Shown in pieces: positions 11,525 to 22,333 of a stretch of 64,000 nt of DNA (position 1 is the stretch's first letter; each line of letters starts with the position of its first letter). Location of the stretch: positions 768,001 to 832,000 of the forward strand of contig CAVXJS010000021.1 in the NCBI GenBank assembly GCA_963762145.1, in the 5' to 3' direction. A program made the translations under genes and the position numbers. Under the pieces are notes generated by a model. That model was not told the DNA's origin, searched no databases, and saw only the letters and a list, made by a program, of their open reading frames with translations. This DNA comes from an uncultured Candidatus Rokubacteria bacterium. Lineage in GTDB: Bacteria > Methylomirabilota > Methylomirabilia > Rokubacteriales > CSP1-6.

Positions 11525-12865
11525 TCAGTCCAGGCGGAAGCCGCCGGCGAGGCGCCGGGTCAGGAGCTCGCGCTCCTCCTCGAGGCTCGGATCGAGACGC
11601 ACCGCGGTCTGCACCGCGCGCAGGCCTTCCTGATCGCGGCCGAGGCTCAGCAGGCTGCGCCCCAGGTTCGCGTGGGTGGGCGCGTCGTCGGGATTGAGCG
11701 CGAGCGCGGCGCGGTAGGCCGCCACCGCCTCGTCGTACCGCCGGAGGGTCTGCAGCGCCACGCCCAGGTTGGCGTGGGCGCGGAAGTGATTCGGGTTGAC
11801 GCGGATCGCGTTGGAGAGCCAGTCCACCGCCAGGTCGTACTGGTCGAGCTCCATGTAGAGGCGGCCGAGGTTGGCGTACGGCCAGGAGAACTTCGCGTCG
11901 GCCGCGATCGCTTTCTGGTACGCGGTCGCCGCCGCGCCCTGATCGCCGAAGCGGTACTGGAGGTTGTACGCCGCGATGTTCAGCGACTCCGCGGTCTTCG
12001 GCACGTCGTACGCGGGCAGGCGGGTGCGGAGGAAGGTCTCCGCCTCGCGCCGCGCGCGCGCGTCCGGCGCGCGGCGGATCCGGTCCTGCAGCACCAGCCG
12101 CGAGAGCCGGACCAGGTTGGCGTCGGTCAGCGCGCGCCCGAGCGGCAGGAGGCAGTCCGAGCGCTCCGGCGCGGCGAGCAGGCCGACCAGGGCGCGCGTC
12201 TCGGCCCCCACCGTGCCGCGGCCGGCCGCGCAGTAGTCGGTGCCCTCGCGCACCCAGCCGCGCGCGCGCGCCACCTCGAGCGCCCGGGCGGGGTCGCCCG
12301 CCTCGAGGTGCGTGGCGAACAGGGCCGCCGCCACCACCTCGCGATCGAGCACCGCATTGGCCAGCCCCACCCGGCTCGCGTGCAGCGAGCGGAACACCCA
12401 GTCGGGCAGCATGCGGCCCCAGCGCGAGCCGTTGAGCGAGACGGTGAGCCGCTCGATCGTGTGCTGTCCGGTCTGCGCCCACCGCTCGCCGCGGGTGGAT
12501 GGCGCCTGCAGGCTGGCGTTCAGGTATTCGGTCGCGAGCGCGGTATTGCCCATGCGCTCGGCCATGGCCCCGGCCCGGTAGTAGACCAGGCCCGAGGGCT
12601 GCAGGCGGCTCGCGCGGCTGAAGGCGTCGAGCGCCTCGTCGAACTCGCCCAGCAGCTCGGCCGTCGCGCCACGCCGCATCTGCGCCTCGAGCGAGGCCGG
12701 CTCCGCGACCGCGGCGGTCCGGTAATGGTTCAGCGCCTCACGGAGGGCCCGCTGCTGGGCCGCCTCGTCACCGGCCTTGATCGAGCCCCGGGCCCTCGAG
12801 TCGGGGCCATTGCAGCCCATCGCCAGCAGGGACACGGCCAGGGCGATGCCGAAGATCCAGCGCAT
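11525..12865 (-). CDS. Tetratricopeptide-repeat protein, probable lipoprotein
   Basis: Signal/lipobox MRWIFGIALAVSLLAMG-C; TPR units (AYQKAIAADAKFSWPYANLG, AHANLGVALQ..YDEAVAAYRAALALNPDD); start codon uncertain. Confidence 0.8.
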   Translation of the reverse strand: MRWIFGIALAVSLLAMGCNGPDSRARGSIKAGDEAAQQRALREALNHYRTAAVAEPASLEAQMRRGATAELLGEFDEALDAFSRASRLQPSGLVYYRAGAMAERMGNTALATEYLNASLQAPSTRGERWAQTGQHTIERLTVSLNGSRWGRMLPDWVFRSLHASRVGLANAVLDREVVAAALFATHLEAGDPARALEVARARGWVREGTDYCAAGRGTVGAETRALVGLLAAPERSDCLLPLGRALTDANLVRLSRLVLQDRIRRAPDARARREAETFLRTRLPAYDVPKTAESLNIAAYNLQYRFGDQGAAATAYQKAIAADAKFSWPYANLGRLYMELDQYDLAVDWLSNAIRVNPNHFRAHANLGVALQTLRRYDEAVAAYRAALALNPDDAPTHANLGRSLLSLGRDQEGLRAVQTAVRLDPSLEEERELLTRRLAGGFRLD

Positions 12866-12903
12866 GAGCCCGGGAGGGATGGCCAGCATGACCCTTCCAG
12901 ACG

Positions 12904-12918
12904 GCAACATTCTTGCCA
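12904..12918 (-). promoter_or_regulatory. Candidate sigma54 -24/-12 promoter for the TPR lipoprotein
   Basis: Minus strand TGGCAAGAATGTTGC, one mismatch to TGGCACG-N4-TTGC. Confidence 0.6.
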
Positions 12919-13039
12919 CCCGGAATGCGGGCCAAGTAATCGGAATTGCAGGAGCCGCCAGGCGGCGATGTGACGAAATTGGGCCGCCAGCTGACACCGA
13001 GTCGTCCGGTGTCCACGGGATGCCGGCGCCGCGGGCCGG

Positions 13040-13769
13040 CTAGGGGCGGACCAGACGGAAGCGGATGCCGCAGATCTGGACGAGGCCGGCGCGGGTCGAA
13101 TCGGCGCAGGCCAGGTCGAGACCCCCCAGCCCCTCGCCCCGTCCGTCGGTGGCCTCGGTGAAGCGGAGCGTCGCGTCGTCGAGGGCGATGACGCGCTGCC
13201 CGTCGCGCATCTGGACCGGGCGCTCCATGACCTCGCTCCAGCGCCGGGCCAGACGATCGGGGTCCTCGCTCTGGAGCTCGGCCGCCGTCATGGCCGTGAT
13301 CAGGCCCGGCTTGAGCGGCGTGTTGCCGTCGTGAGTGGGCGGGGTGCCACGGGCCGCCCGGATCACGCGCGCCGGGCTGCCAGCCGAAGGACAGCATCGC
13401 GGCCCCCACGTCGCGCGGGTGAAGCTGCAGCTCGCGGTATTCGGGATAGCCGATCTCGTTGGCGATGCGCACCCCGACCGCCTCGCAGCGCTTGCGCCGG
13501 GGGGCCAGATCGTCGCACTGCGTGATCACCATGTAGCCGCCGTCGCCGCCGCGCCGGTCGAGGTAGCGCCCCGCCGTCGTGCCCTCGCGCACCGGCGCCA
13601 CCACCTCGAGGAAGTTGTGGCCGATCGGGAACAGCGCGTTCTCGAGCCCGTACTTGCCCACGCCCGGATCCCGGTGGCAGACCTCGAGGCCGAGCGCCGC
13701 GCGGAACTCGTCCACCACCGGCGTCAGCTCGCGGGCCACCAGGCAGATCTGTCGCATGCGCAGGCTCAT
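13040..13769 (-). CDS. VOC/glyoxalase-like domain protein (frameshift near 13340)
   Basis: RMRQICLVA..DPGVGKYGLENALFPIG..FLEVVAP..GGDGGYMVITQ, LQLHPRDVG; C-terminal part (AELQSEDPDRLARRW..) in another frame. Confidence 0.8.
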
Positions 13770-14997
13770 GAGGGGCTCCCCGCTTCCTTGGCCGCCATCT
13801 TCTGCTTGAGCTGCTCGGGCGTGAGCCGGACGATGTCCTCGTTCTGGTGCGCGTAGACCTTGAAGCCGTCGGTGTCGAGGTCCTCGAGGGTGATCGTCCC
13901 GGCCAGCACGTCGGCCTTCCAGCGCTGGTGCTCGGGCTCACGCGCCTGGAACTCGGGCATCACCTCGCGCGCGAAGAGCTCGAGGCTCGCGCAGATGTCC
14001 TCGTGGCTGGTGCGCCCGGTCTGGTTGAGCAGGATGACCTGGTCCACGTTCGAGGCCTCGAACTGGGCGAGCTTCCGGCGGATCGTCTCCGGCGAGCCGA
14101 TGAGCCCGGCGCTGGAGCGTCTCCTGCGCCTTCGGGGTGTGCCGCCACTCCTGGTAGAGCTTCCACATGTTGCCCTTGCCCGGGCTCGGCCATGCCGTGC
14201 CGACCGTAGTGCGAGAGACAGAACACGAAGAACGTCCAGCCCGCCGCCTTCTCGCGCGCCTCCTCGTCGGTCGGCGCGCACATGAAGGCGCTCACCATGG
14301 CGATGTTCGGATTCGCGGGGTAGTCGGCAAGCCGGTTGGGCTCGCGGGTGAGGCTCGTGTAGTAGCGGTTCACCCACGCGCGCGCCGCCTCCGGCGAGAC
14401 GAACTGGAAGCCGAGCGCGCCCATGCCCCACTGCCCCGCGCTCGCGATCGTCGCGATGTTCGAGCACGCGACCCAGAGCGGCGGGTGCGGCTTCTGCCGC
14501 GGCTTCGGGATGACGTTGCGGGCCGGGAAGTCGAAGTACTGGCCGTGGAACTCCACCGCGTCCTGGGTGAAGCACGGGATCAGCACCCGCACCGCCTCCT
14601 CCCAGACCTCTCGCTTGTCCCTCACGCGACGGCCGAACGGGTGGAGCTCGACCGGCCCCTGCCCCTCGCCCAGCCCGAGCTCCACGCGCCCGCCGCTCAG
14701 CAGATCGAGCGTGGCCACCCGCTCGGCCACCCGGATCGGGTGATTGGTCGGGAGCTGGATGATCCCGTGGCCCAGCCGGATGCGGCGGGTGCGCTGGGTG
14801 GCCGCGCCCAGGAACACCTCGGGCGCCGACGAGTGCGAGTACTCCTCGAGGAAGTGGTGCTCGACCTCCCACGCGTAGTCGTAGCCCAGCCGGTCGGCGA
14901 GCTCGATCTGGGTGAGCGAATCTTGAAGCAGCCGGTACTCGCTGTCCGGCCCCCAGGGCCGGGGGAGCTGATGCTCGTAGAAGATGCCGAACTTCAT
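13766..14997 (-). CDS. LLM-class flavin-dependent oxidoreductase (frameshifts near 14110 and 14170)
   Basis: MKFGIFYEHQLPRPW, WEVEHHFLEEYSHSSAPE, AERVATLDLLSGGRVELG, PKPRQKPHPPLW. Confidence 0.9.
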
Positions 14998-16713
14998 GAC
15001 GCGCGCAGCAGACGGCCGGGGCCGCGCGTGCCCGCGGGCTCGGGCAGCCGCCCGTCCTCGATGACGGCCCGGCCGTTGACGAAGGACCACCGGATGCCGC
15101 TGGCCCGCTGGACGAGCCGCGGGCCGCCGCCCGGGAGGTCGTGCACCAGCTCGGGCTCGTGGTCGGCGATGGTGTCGGGATCGAAGACCGTGACGTCGGC
15201 CGCGAGCCCGGGCCGCAGGCGCCCGCGGTCGCGCAGGCCGAAGAGATCGGCGGGCATCGACGTGATGCGGCGCACGCCGTCCTCCAGCGAGAGCGCGCGG
15301 CGCTCCCGCACCCAGTGGCCGAGCAGGCGGCTGGTCTGGCCCGCCTCGCAGAAGAGGGTCAGGTGCGCGCCCGCGTCGGAGAGCCCGATCAGCGAGCGCG
15401 GGTGGGTGAAGATCTCGGCCACCGAGGCCGCGTCGGTGTTCATCACCGCCACCGTGAACTGGGTCTGCAGATCGTCCTCGAGCGCCAGGTCGAAGAAGGC
15501 GTCGATCACGTCCTGGCCGCGCCGGGCCGCGACCTCCGCCACCGCGAGACCGACGAAGGGCTTGAACGCGTCCGCGCCGACCGCGTGCACCCGGAGGGGC
15601 GCGGTGTCGCCCCGGAAGAGCGGCGTGCGGCCGACCGAGGCCCGGAACTCCTCGCGGAAGCCCGCGTCGCGGAAGAGCGCGCGCCATCCCGACGACCGGC
15701 GCGTCGAGCACCCGCTTCCAGACCGGGAAGCGAAAGAAGACGAACGCGCTCGCGAGGTCGAACGTCGAGGTGAGCGGAGAGGTCGTCACCTGGGGATAGA
15801 TCTCGACGCCCTCGCGCGCGAGCGCCTCGATGCGCTCGAGGATCGCGCGGTGCTCCACCGGGTGCGACGGGTTGTGGCGCAGCGAGACCAGGGTCACCGG
15901 ACGGTTCGCCGCGCGCGCCAGCTCCGCGAAGCGGTCGATCTCGGCCAGGCGATCCGGACGGGTGCCGCCGATGGTCAGCTCGAGGATGCCGCGTCCCGAC
16001 TGCGCCCATGGTCCGCACCAGGCTCGTCAGCTCGTCCTCGTGGGCGAGCCGGCTCGGCACCGGGCGGCCCCCGATCGCCCACGTGGTTCTGGTTGGTCGT
16101 GGACGAGAGCCCCACCGCGCCGAGGGCCATCGCCTCGGTGACGAGGCGCGCCCATGCCCGCGATCTCCTCCGCGGTGGCCTCGCGCTCCCACGCCGCGTC
16201 GCCCATCACGTACTGGCGGATCGCGGAGTGGCCGATGAAGCAGCCCACGTTCGTCCACGGACCGATCCGCTCGACCGCGTCCTGGTACTGGGCGAAGGTC
16301 TCCCACTCCCAGCGGATGCCCTGGGTGAGCGCCTCGAGCGGCATGCCCTCCACGTAGGTGAGCATGCGCATCAGGGTCAGCCGGTCCTCGGCGCGGCACG
16401 GCGCGAGCGTGAAGCCGCAGTTGCCCATCACCACCGTGGTCACCCCGTGCCACGAGGAGCAGGAGGCGAGGCTGTCCCACGTGATCTGGGCGTCGTAGTG
16501 CGTGTGCGGATCGATGAAGCCGGGCGCGACGACCAGCCCCGCGGCCAATACCTCGCGCGTGCCGCGGCCCGACACCGTGCCGATCTCGCTGAGCTTCCCG
16601 TCGCGCACCGCCACGTCGGCGCGGCGGCCGGGGGCGCCGGTGCCGTCGACGACGAGTCCACCGCGAATCACGAGGTCGTGTGCCGCCGCCTGGGCCGTCC
16701 CCTGGGTCGTCAT
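14994..16713 (-). CDS. N-acyl-D-amino-acid deacylase-like amidohydrolase (several frameshifts)
   Basis: DLVIRGGLVVDGTG, APGFIDPHTHYD, HGVTTVVMGNCG; C-terminal SDAGAH, RGRLRPGLAADVTVFDP, VNG. Confidence 0.85.
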
Positions 16714-16744
16714 GGGGGCCTACTCTACGGCAACGCCATGGTCC

Positions 16745-16773
16745 TTGACCACCCCTCGGCCCGGCGCTACCCT
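16745..16773 (+). promoter_or_regulatory. Sigma70-type promoter for the TPP-enzyme operon
   Basis: TTGACC-17 nt-TACCCT, 9 nt before the ATG at 16783. Confidence 0.55.
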
Positions 16774-16782
16774 CCCTGCACC

Positions 16783-18499
16783 ATGATGAAACGAGCGACC
16801 GTCGAGTCCACCGCCGACGCCTATCTCGAGCTCCTGGCCGCCCGCGGCGTCGAGTACTTCTTCGCCAACGCGGGCACCGATTTCGCGCCCGATCATCGAG
16901 GCCTACGCGCGCCGCGGCGCGCAGGGCCAGGCGAGCCCGCGCCCCATCACGGTGCCCCACGAGGTGCCGGCGGTGGCGATGGCCCACGGCTACACCATGG
17001 TCTCGGGCCGGGCCCAGGCGGTGATGGTCCACGTCATCGTGGGCGCGGGCAACGCGGCGGGCGGCGTGATCAACGCGGCGCGCTCGAACATCCCCATGCT
17101 CTTCTCGGCCGGGCGCAACCCGATCACCGAGGCCGGCAACGCGGGCAGCCGCGACCGGCCGATCCACTGGGCGCAGGAGGCCTTCGACCAGGCGGGCATG
17201 CTGCGCGAGTTCGTGAAGTGGGACTACGAGCTCAAGCGCTTCGATCAGCTCGAGACGGTGGTGGACCGGGCGCTGACCCTGGCCCAGTCGGAGCCGCGCG
17301 GCCCGGTGTACCTCACCCTGCCGCGCGAGGTGCTGGCCGAGCGCCACGACGCCATCGAGTACGCCGATCCCGCGCGCGCGGCGGTGCCGGCCGCGACGCT
17401 GCCGGATCCGGCCGCGGTGGACGGAGGCGGCGGCGATGCTGGCCGCGGCCCGCAACCCGATCATCATCACCAAGGCCCTCGGCCGCGATCCGGCCGCGGT
17501 GCCCGTCCTGGTGCGGCTCGCCGAGACGCTCGGCGCGCCGGTGTTCGATCAGTTCCACACCTACGTGAACTTCCCGCAGGATCACGCGCTGCACGGCGGC
17601 TTCGAGGCCGCGCCGCACCTGGCGGAGGCCGACGCTGATCCTGGTCATCGAGTCGGACGTGCCGTGGTTCCCGCAGATGAGCCGCCCGAAGCCGGAGACG
17701 CGCGTCGATCCACCTGGGCGTGGACCCGCTCTTCTCGCGCTACCCGGTGCGCGGCTTCCCCGCGGACCTGGCGCTGGCCGGCACCCCGCGGCTGGCGCTG
17801 GCCGCGCTGGCGGACGCGGTGGCGCGGCGGGTGGACCGGGCGGCGGTGGCGGAGCGCGCGGCAGCGCTGGACGGCCGCGGGCGCCAGGCGACGCGAGGCC
17901 GCGGCCGCGAAGAGCCGCGCGGTCGCAGGCCGACACGCCCATCGACATGCTCTCGCTCTCCCGCGCGATCGGGGAGCTGGTGGACGACCGCACGATCGTG
18001 GTCAACGAGTACGATCTCGACGCGACCCAGTGCACGTTCACCCGGCCCGGCAGCTACTTCGCGGCGCCGCCCTCGGGCGGGCTCGGGTGGGGCCTGGGCG
18101 CCGCGCTCGGGGCCAAGCTGGCCGCGCCCGATCACAGCGTGATCTGCTGCGTGGGCGACGGGGCCTACATCTTCGGCTCGCCCACCGCCGTCGCACTTCG
18201 TCTCGCGCGCCTACAACCTGCCCGTCCTGTTCGTGGTCTTCAACAACCGCACGTGGAACGCGGTGAAGCGCGCGGTGCAGACCTACGCGCGCGACGGCTG
18301 GGCGGTGCGCACCGACTCGATGCCGCTCACCGCCCTCGAGCCGTCGCCCGACTACGAGATGATCTGCCGGGCCTCGGGCGGTCACGGGGAGAAGGTCGAG
18401 GATCCGGCCGCGCTGCCCGACGCCCTCCGGCGCGGGCTGCGCATCGTGAAGGAAGAGAAGCGCCAGGTCGTCCTCAACGTGATCTGCAAGAAGCCGTGA
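16783..18499 (+). CDS. Thiamine-pyrophosphate-requiring protein (acetolactate synthase/decarboxylase-like; multiple frameshifts)
   Basis: GVEYFFANAGTDF, PHEVPAVAMAHGY, EPRGPVYLTLPREVL, GGLGWGLGAALGAKLA, TPP motif GDGAY...VFNN. Confidence 0.85.
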
Positions 18500-19502
18500 A
18501 GATCCTCGCCTCCGGCCCCAGCGGGCCGGCGACCGAGCTCGACCCGCTCCGCGCGGCCGGCCACGAGGTGGTGATCGGCCGGCCGCTCGATCAGCCCGGG
18601 CGCGCGCGCGTACACCGAGGCCGACCTGCGGCGCGGCCGCGCGCGACGCCCACGTCATCCTCGCCTCGCATCTCGACGCGATCACCCGCGGGGTGATGGA
18701 GGCGGCGGCGCAGCTCCGCCTCGTCATCGTGCCGTTCATCGGCACCGACAAGATCGACATCGAGGCCGCCTCGCGGCTCGGCATCCTGGTGGCCAACAGC
18801 CCGACGCCGGAGAACTTCATCGCGGTGGCGGAGGCCACCGTGGCGCTCACCCTGATGCTGCAGAAGCGCATCAAGCACAACGAGGCCAAGCTGCGCCGCG
18901 GGGAGTGGGCGCAGCGGGGGGACCGCGGCGAGTTCCTCTTCGGCAAGACGGTGGGGCTGGTCGGCCTCGGCCGCGTCGGCTCGCACGTGGCGCGGCGCCT
19001 GGTGAACTGGGACGTGCGCCTGCTCGCCGCCGATCCCTACGTCTCCGCGGAGCGGGTCCGCTCGCTCGGCGCCACCCTGGTGGACCTGCCGACCCTGCTC
19101 GCCGAGAGCGACGTGGTGTCGCTGCACGCCTCGCTGACCGACGAGACGCGGACCCTGATCGGCGAGAAGGCGCTGCGGGCCATGAAGCCCACCGCGATCC
19201 TCATCAATACCGCCCGCGGCGAGATCGCGGACGAGGAGGCGATCGCCCGCGCGCTCACCGAGGGCTGGATCGCGGGCGCCGCGCTCGACGCCTTCACGCG
19301 CGAGCCCCTGCCCGCCGCGAGCCCGCTGCGCGCGGTGGACCCCGAGCGGCTGATCCTCACGCCCCACAACGTGAGCCATAGCGAGGCGGGCCGCCGCGCG
19401 AACCTCGCGCTCGCGCTGGAGCAGATCCTGGCCGCGGGCCGCGGCGAAGCGCCGGCCCACTGTGTGAACCCGGAGGCGATTCCGCGCTGGAGGAGCTCAT
19501 GA
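18496..19502 (+). CDS. D-isomer-specific 2-hydroxyacid dehydrogenase (frameshifts near 18600-18640)
   Basis: GKTVGLVGLGRVG, DVVSLH, LINTARG, AALDAF, LILTPH; GTG start overlaps the upstream stop. Confidence 0.88.
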
Positions 19503-20527
19503 GCCAGGCCGCGTATCCGATCCTCGACGCCGACGGCCACATCACCGAGTCCATCGAGCAGGTCGCCAAGTACCTCGACGCGCCCTACAACCGGCGGCCG
19601 CTCAACTTCTCGTTCTACCCGTGGGACGGCTGGGACCGGCGGCTCCTCGGCACGCTGGGCGACACGGCGGGCACCGCGGAGCAATGGCTGCGCGCGCTCG
19701 ACCGGGGCGGCATGGAGCAGGCGGTGCTCTATCCCACGCTCGGGCTCTTCCTCTCCTTCCTGAAAGACCGCGAGTGGGCGGTGGCCCTCTGCCGCGCCTA
19801 CAACACGTTCCTGCACGAGGAGTTCGTCAAGAAGAGCCCGCGGCTGCACGCGGTCGCGCTGCTGCCGGTGCAGGATCCCGACGCGGCCGCGCGCGAGCTG
19901 CGGCGCGCGGTGACCGAGCTCGGCCTGGTGGGCGCGATGCTCGCGGCCGACGGCAGCCACCTGCTGGGGGACGCGCGCTTCCGGCCGATCTACGAGGAAG
20001 CGGACCGCCTCGACGTGATGCTGGGCATCCACGCCTCCGGCTCCCACCTGGGCGGCGCGGGGGTGGACCTCTTCCCGCAGTTCATCCAGGCCCACACCTG
20101 CTCGCACGCGTTCGGGCAGATGCGGCAGATCACCTCGATGGTCTTCGAGGGCATCCCGGAGCGCTTCCCGCGGCTGCGCATCGCCTATCTCGAAGCCGGA
20201 TGCGGCTGGGCGCCCTACTGGGCGGAGCGGATGGACGACGAGTACGCCAAGCGCGCCTCCGAAGCGCCCGCGCTCACCCGCAAGCCCAGCGACTACATCC
20301 GGAGCGGCTCCATCTTCTTCTCCTGCGAGGCCGACGAGTGGCTGCTGCCGCAGGCGCTCAAGCTCATCGGCGAGAACCAGATCGTCTACGCCTCCGACTT
20401 CCCCCACTGGGACCACAGCTATCCCGCCTCCCTCGACGAGATCCGCGACCGGGGCGACATCAGCGACCTCCAGAAGCGGAAGATCCTCTCCGACAACACG
20501 CGGAGGCTCTACGGACTCAAGGGATGA
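19499..20527 (+). CDS. Amidohydrolase_2 family protein (decarboxylase/hydratase-like)
   Basis: ILDADGHITE, AVLYPT, RFPRLRIAYLEAGCGW, YASDFPHWD. Confidence 0.9.
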   Translation: MSQAAYPILDADGHITESIEQVAKYLDAPYNRRPLNFSFYPWDGWDRRLLGTLGDTAGTAEQWLRALDRGGMEQAVLYPTLGLFLSFLKDREWAVALCRAYNTFLHEEFVKKSPRLHAVALLPVQDPDAAARELRRAVTELGLVGAMLAADGSHLLGDARFRPIYEEADRLDVMLGIHASGSHLGGAGVDLFPQFIQAHTCSHAFGQMRQITSMVFEGIPERFPRLRIAYLEAGCGWAPYWAERMDDEYAKRASEAPALTRKPSDYIRSGSIFFSCEADEWLLPQALKLIGENQIVYASDFPHWDHSYPASLDEIRDRGDISDLQKRKILSDNTRRLYGLKG

Positions 20528-21428
20528 CGCCGCCTCGGCTCCCGTCGCGCTGATCGGGGCGCACAAGCGCTACGGGGACGTCGAGGCGCTCCGCGGGATC
20601 GATCTCACCATCCACCGCGGCGAGGTCGTCGCGATGCTGGGGCCGAACGGCGCGGGCAAGACCACGTCCATCAGCCTGATGCTCGGCCTGCGCCAGCCCA
20701 CCGCGGGACAGGCGCGCCTCTTCGGCCTGCCGCCCACCGACCGCCGCGCGCGCAGCCGCTGCGGGGTGATGCTGCAGGAGTCGGGCACCACCAGCGTGCT
20801 GACCGTGCGCGAGATCGTGGACGTCTTCCGGGTCTATTACCCCGCCCCGCTCCCCGCCGAGCGCGCCATCGCGATGGCGGGGCTCGACGCGCAGGCCGGC
20901 GCGCGGGTCGGTACGCTCTCGGGGGGCCAGCGCCAGCGCCTCTACTTCGCGCTCGCGATCTGCGGCGATCCCGACGTCTTGTTCCTGGACGAGCCCACCG
21001 TGGGCATGGACGTGGAGGCCCGGCGCGCCTTCACGGCCAGCATCCGGACGCTCTCCGCCGCGGGCAAGACCATCGTGTTCACCACCCACTACCTGCGCGA
21101 GGCCGAGGAGCTGGCGCGGCGGATCATCGTGATCGACCGCGGGGCGGTCATCGCGGACGCGAGCCCGCAGGAGCTGAAGGCGCGGGTGCCGGGCAAGAAG
21201 ATCACCCTGGTCGCGGGGCGGCCGTTCGCCCCTGCCGATCTCGACGGCCTGCCCGCGCGGGTCCTGAGCGCCGGCGGCGAGCGTGCGAGCCTGCTCAGCA
21301 ACGAGCCGGCCGCGGTGCTGCGCGAGCTGTTCCGGCGCGGCGTGGACGTGGTGGACCTGGAGGTGACGGGGGCCGATCTCGAGGAGGCGTTCCTCGCGCT
21401 GACCCGGCGGGGGGAGGGCTCGTCGTGA
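20524..21428 (+). CDS. ABC-2 exporter ATP-binding protein (probable frameshift near the start)
   Basis: Walker A GPNGAGKTT, LSGGQRQR, FLDEPTVGMD, TTHYL. Confidence 0.9.
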
Positions 21429-22228
21429 GCGTCGCCGCGCCGCCGTCCACCGCGAGGCTCGACGTCGCGCCGCTCGGGCGCATGCTGCTGGCGCAAACGT
21501 GGAGCGAGCTGCGCATCCGCTGGCGCATCCCCGCCTTCAGCGTGACCATCGTGGCGCTGCCGGTGCTCTTCTTCACCTTCTTCGGGCTGCCCTACGCGAA
21601 GCAGACCCTGCCCAACGGCATGAGCCTCGGCGCCTACCTGGTCGCCTCGTTCGCGGCGTACAGCGTGGGGAGCGTGATGGTGTTCGGCTTCGGCATCGGG
21701 GTGGCCACCGAACGCGGGCTGAAGGTCGACGTGCTGATGCGCGCGACGCCGCTGCCGCCCCTGATCGCGATCCTGGCCAAGGTGCTGAACGCGCTCTTCT
21801 ACGCGCTGCTCTCGCTCGTGGTCCTGATCGTCTACGCGGTCGTGGTGGGCGGGATCCGCCAGGACCTCACGGTGTGGCTCGACATGATCGCGCGCCTGCT
21901 CGCGGGCTCGGTGCCGTTCATCGCGCTGGGCTTCGCCATCGGCTACCTCTGCGGCCCCAACGTGGCGCCCGCGGTCGCCAACCTGGTCTACCTGCCGCTG
22001 ACGTTCGCCTCCGGGCTTTTCATGCCGCTCTCCCAGCTCCCCGGCTTCGTGCGCGTCATCGCGCCCTATCTCCCCGCCTACCACTACGGCCAGCTCGGCT
22101 GGAGCGCGCTCGGAGCCAACACCGAGCGCCTGCCCGTGAGTCTCGCGTGGCTCGCCGGCTACACCTGCCTGTTCCTCGCGATCGCGATCCGCGCCTACCG
22201 CAAAGAAGAGTCCCGCAAATTCGGCTAG
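21425..22228 (+). CDS. ABC-2 type permease
   Basis: Six hydrophobic segments; FASGLFMPLSQLP; overlaps the ATPase stop. Confidence 0.88.
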   Translation: MSVAAPPSTARLDVAPLGRMLLAQTWSELRIRWRIPAFSVTIVALPVLFFTFFGLPYAKQTLPNGMSLGAYLVASFAAYSVGSVMVFGFGIGVATERGLKVDVLMRATPLPPLIAILAKVLNALFYALLSLVVLIVYAVVVGGIRQDLTVWLDMIARLLAGSVPFIALGFAIGYLCGPNVAPAVANLVYLPLTFASGLFMPLSQLPGFVRVIAPYLPAYHYGQLGWSALGANTERLPVSLAWLAGYTCLFLAIAIRAYRKEESRKFG

Positions 22229-22249
22229 CTTGGGGTCAGCGGCTAGCTC

Positions 22250-22333
22250 GGGGTCAGGTCTTACATTCCGACATTTCCGTGCGGCCCGCTTTCGCGCGAC
22301 GCAGAAAAATGTCGGAATGTAAGACCTGACCCC
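22250..22333. repeat. 84-bp palindromic element with perfect 27-bp inverted arms (MITE/REP-like), between convergent genes
   Basis: GGGGTCAGGTCTTACATTCCGACATTT (22250-22276) and its exact reverse complement (22307-22333). Confidence 0.9.

Noticed and set aside
14167-17568. Very long alternative ORFs (for example 14167-17568 +, 23600-27106 -, 53734-56136 +, 51319-53502 +, 1313-3262 -)
   Set aside because: Arg/Ala/Gly/Pro-rich shadow frames antisense or off-frame to clear genes; expected at this GC content.
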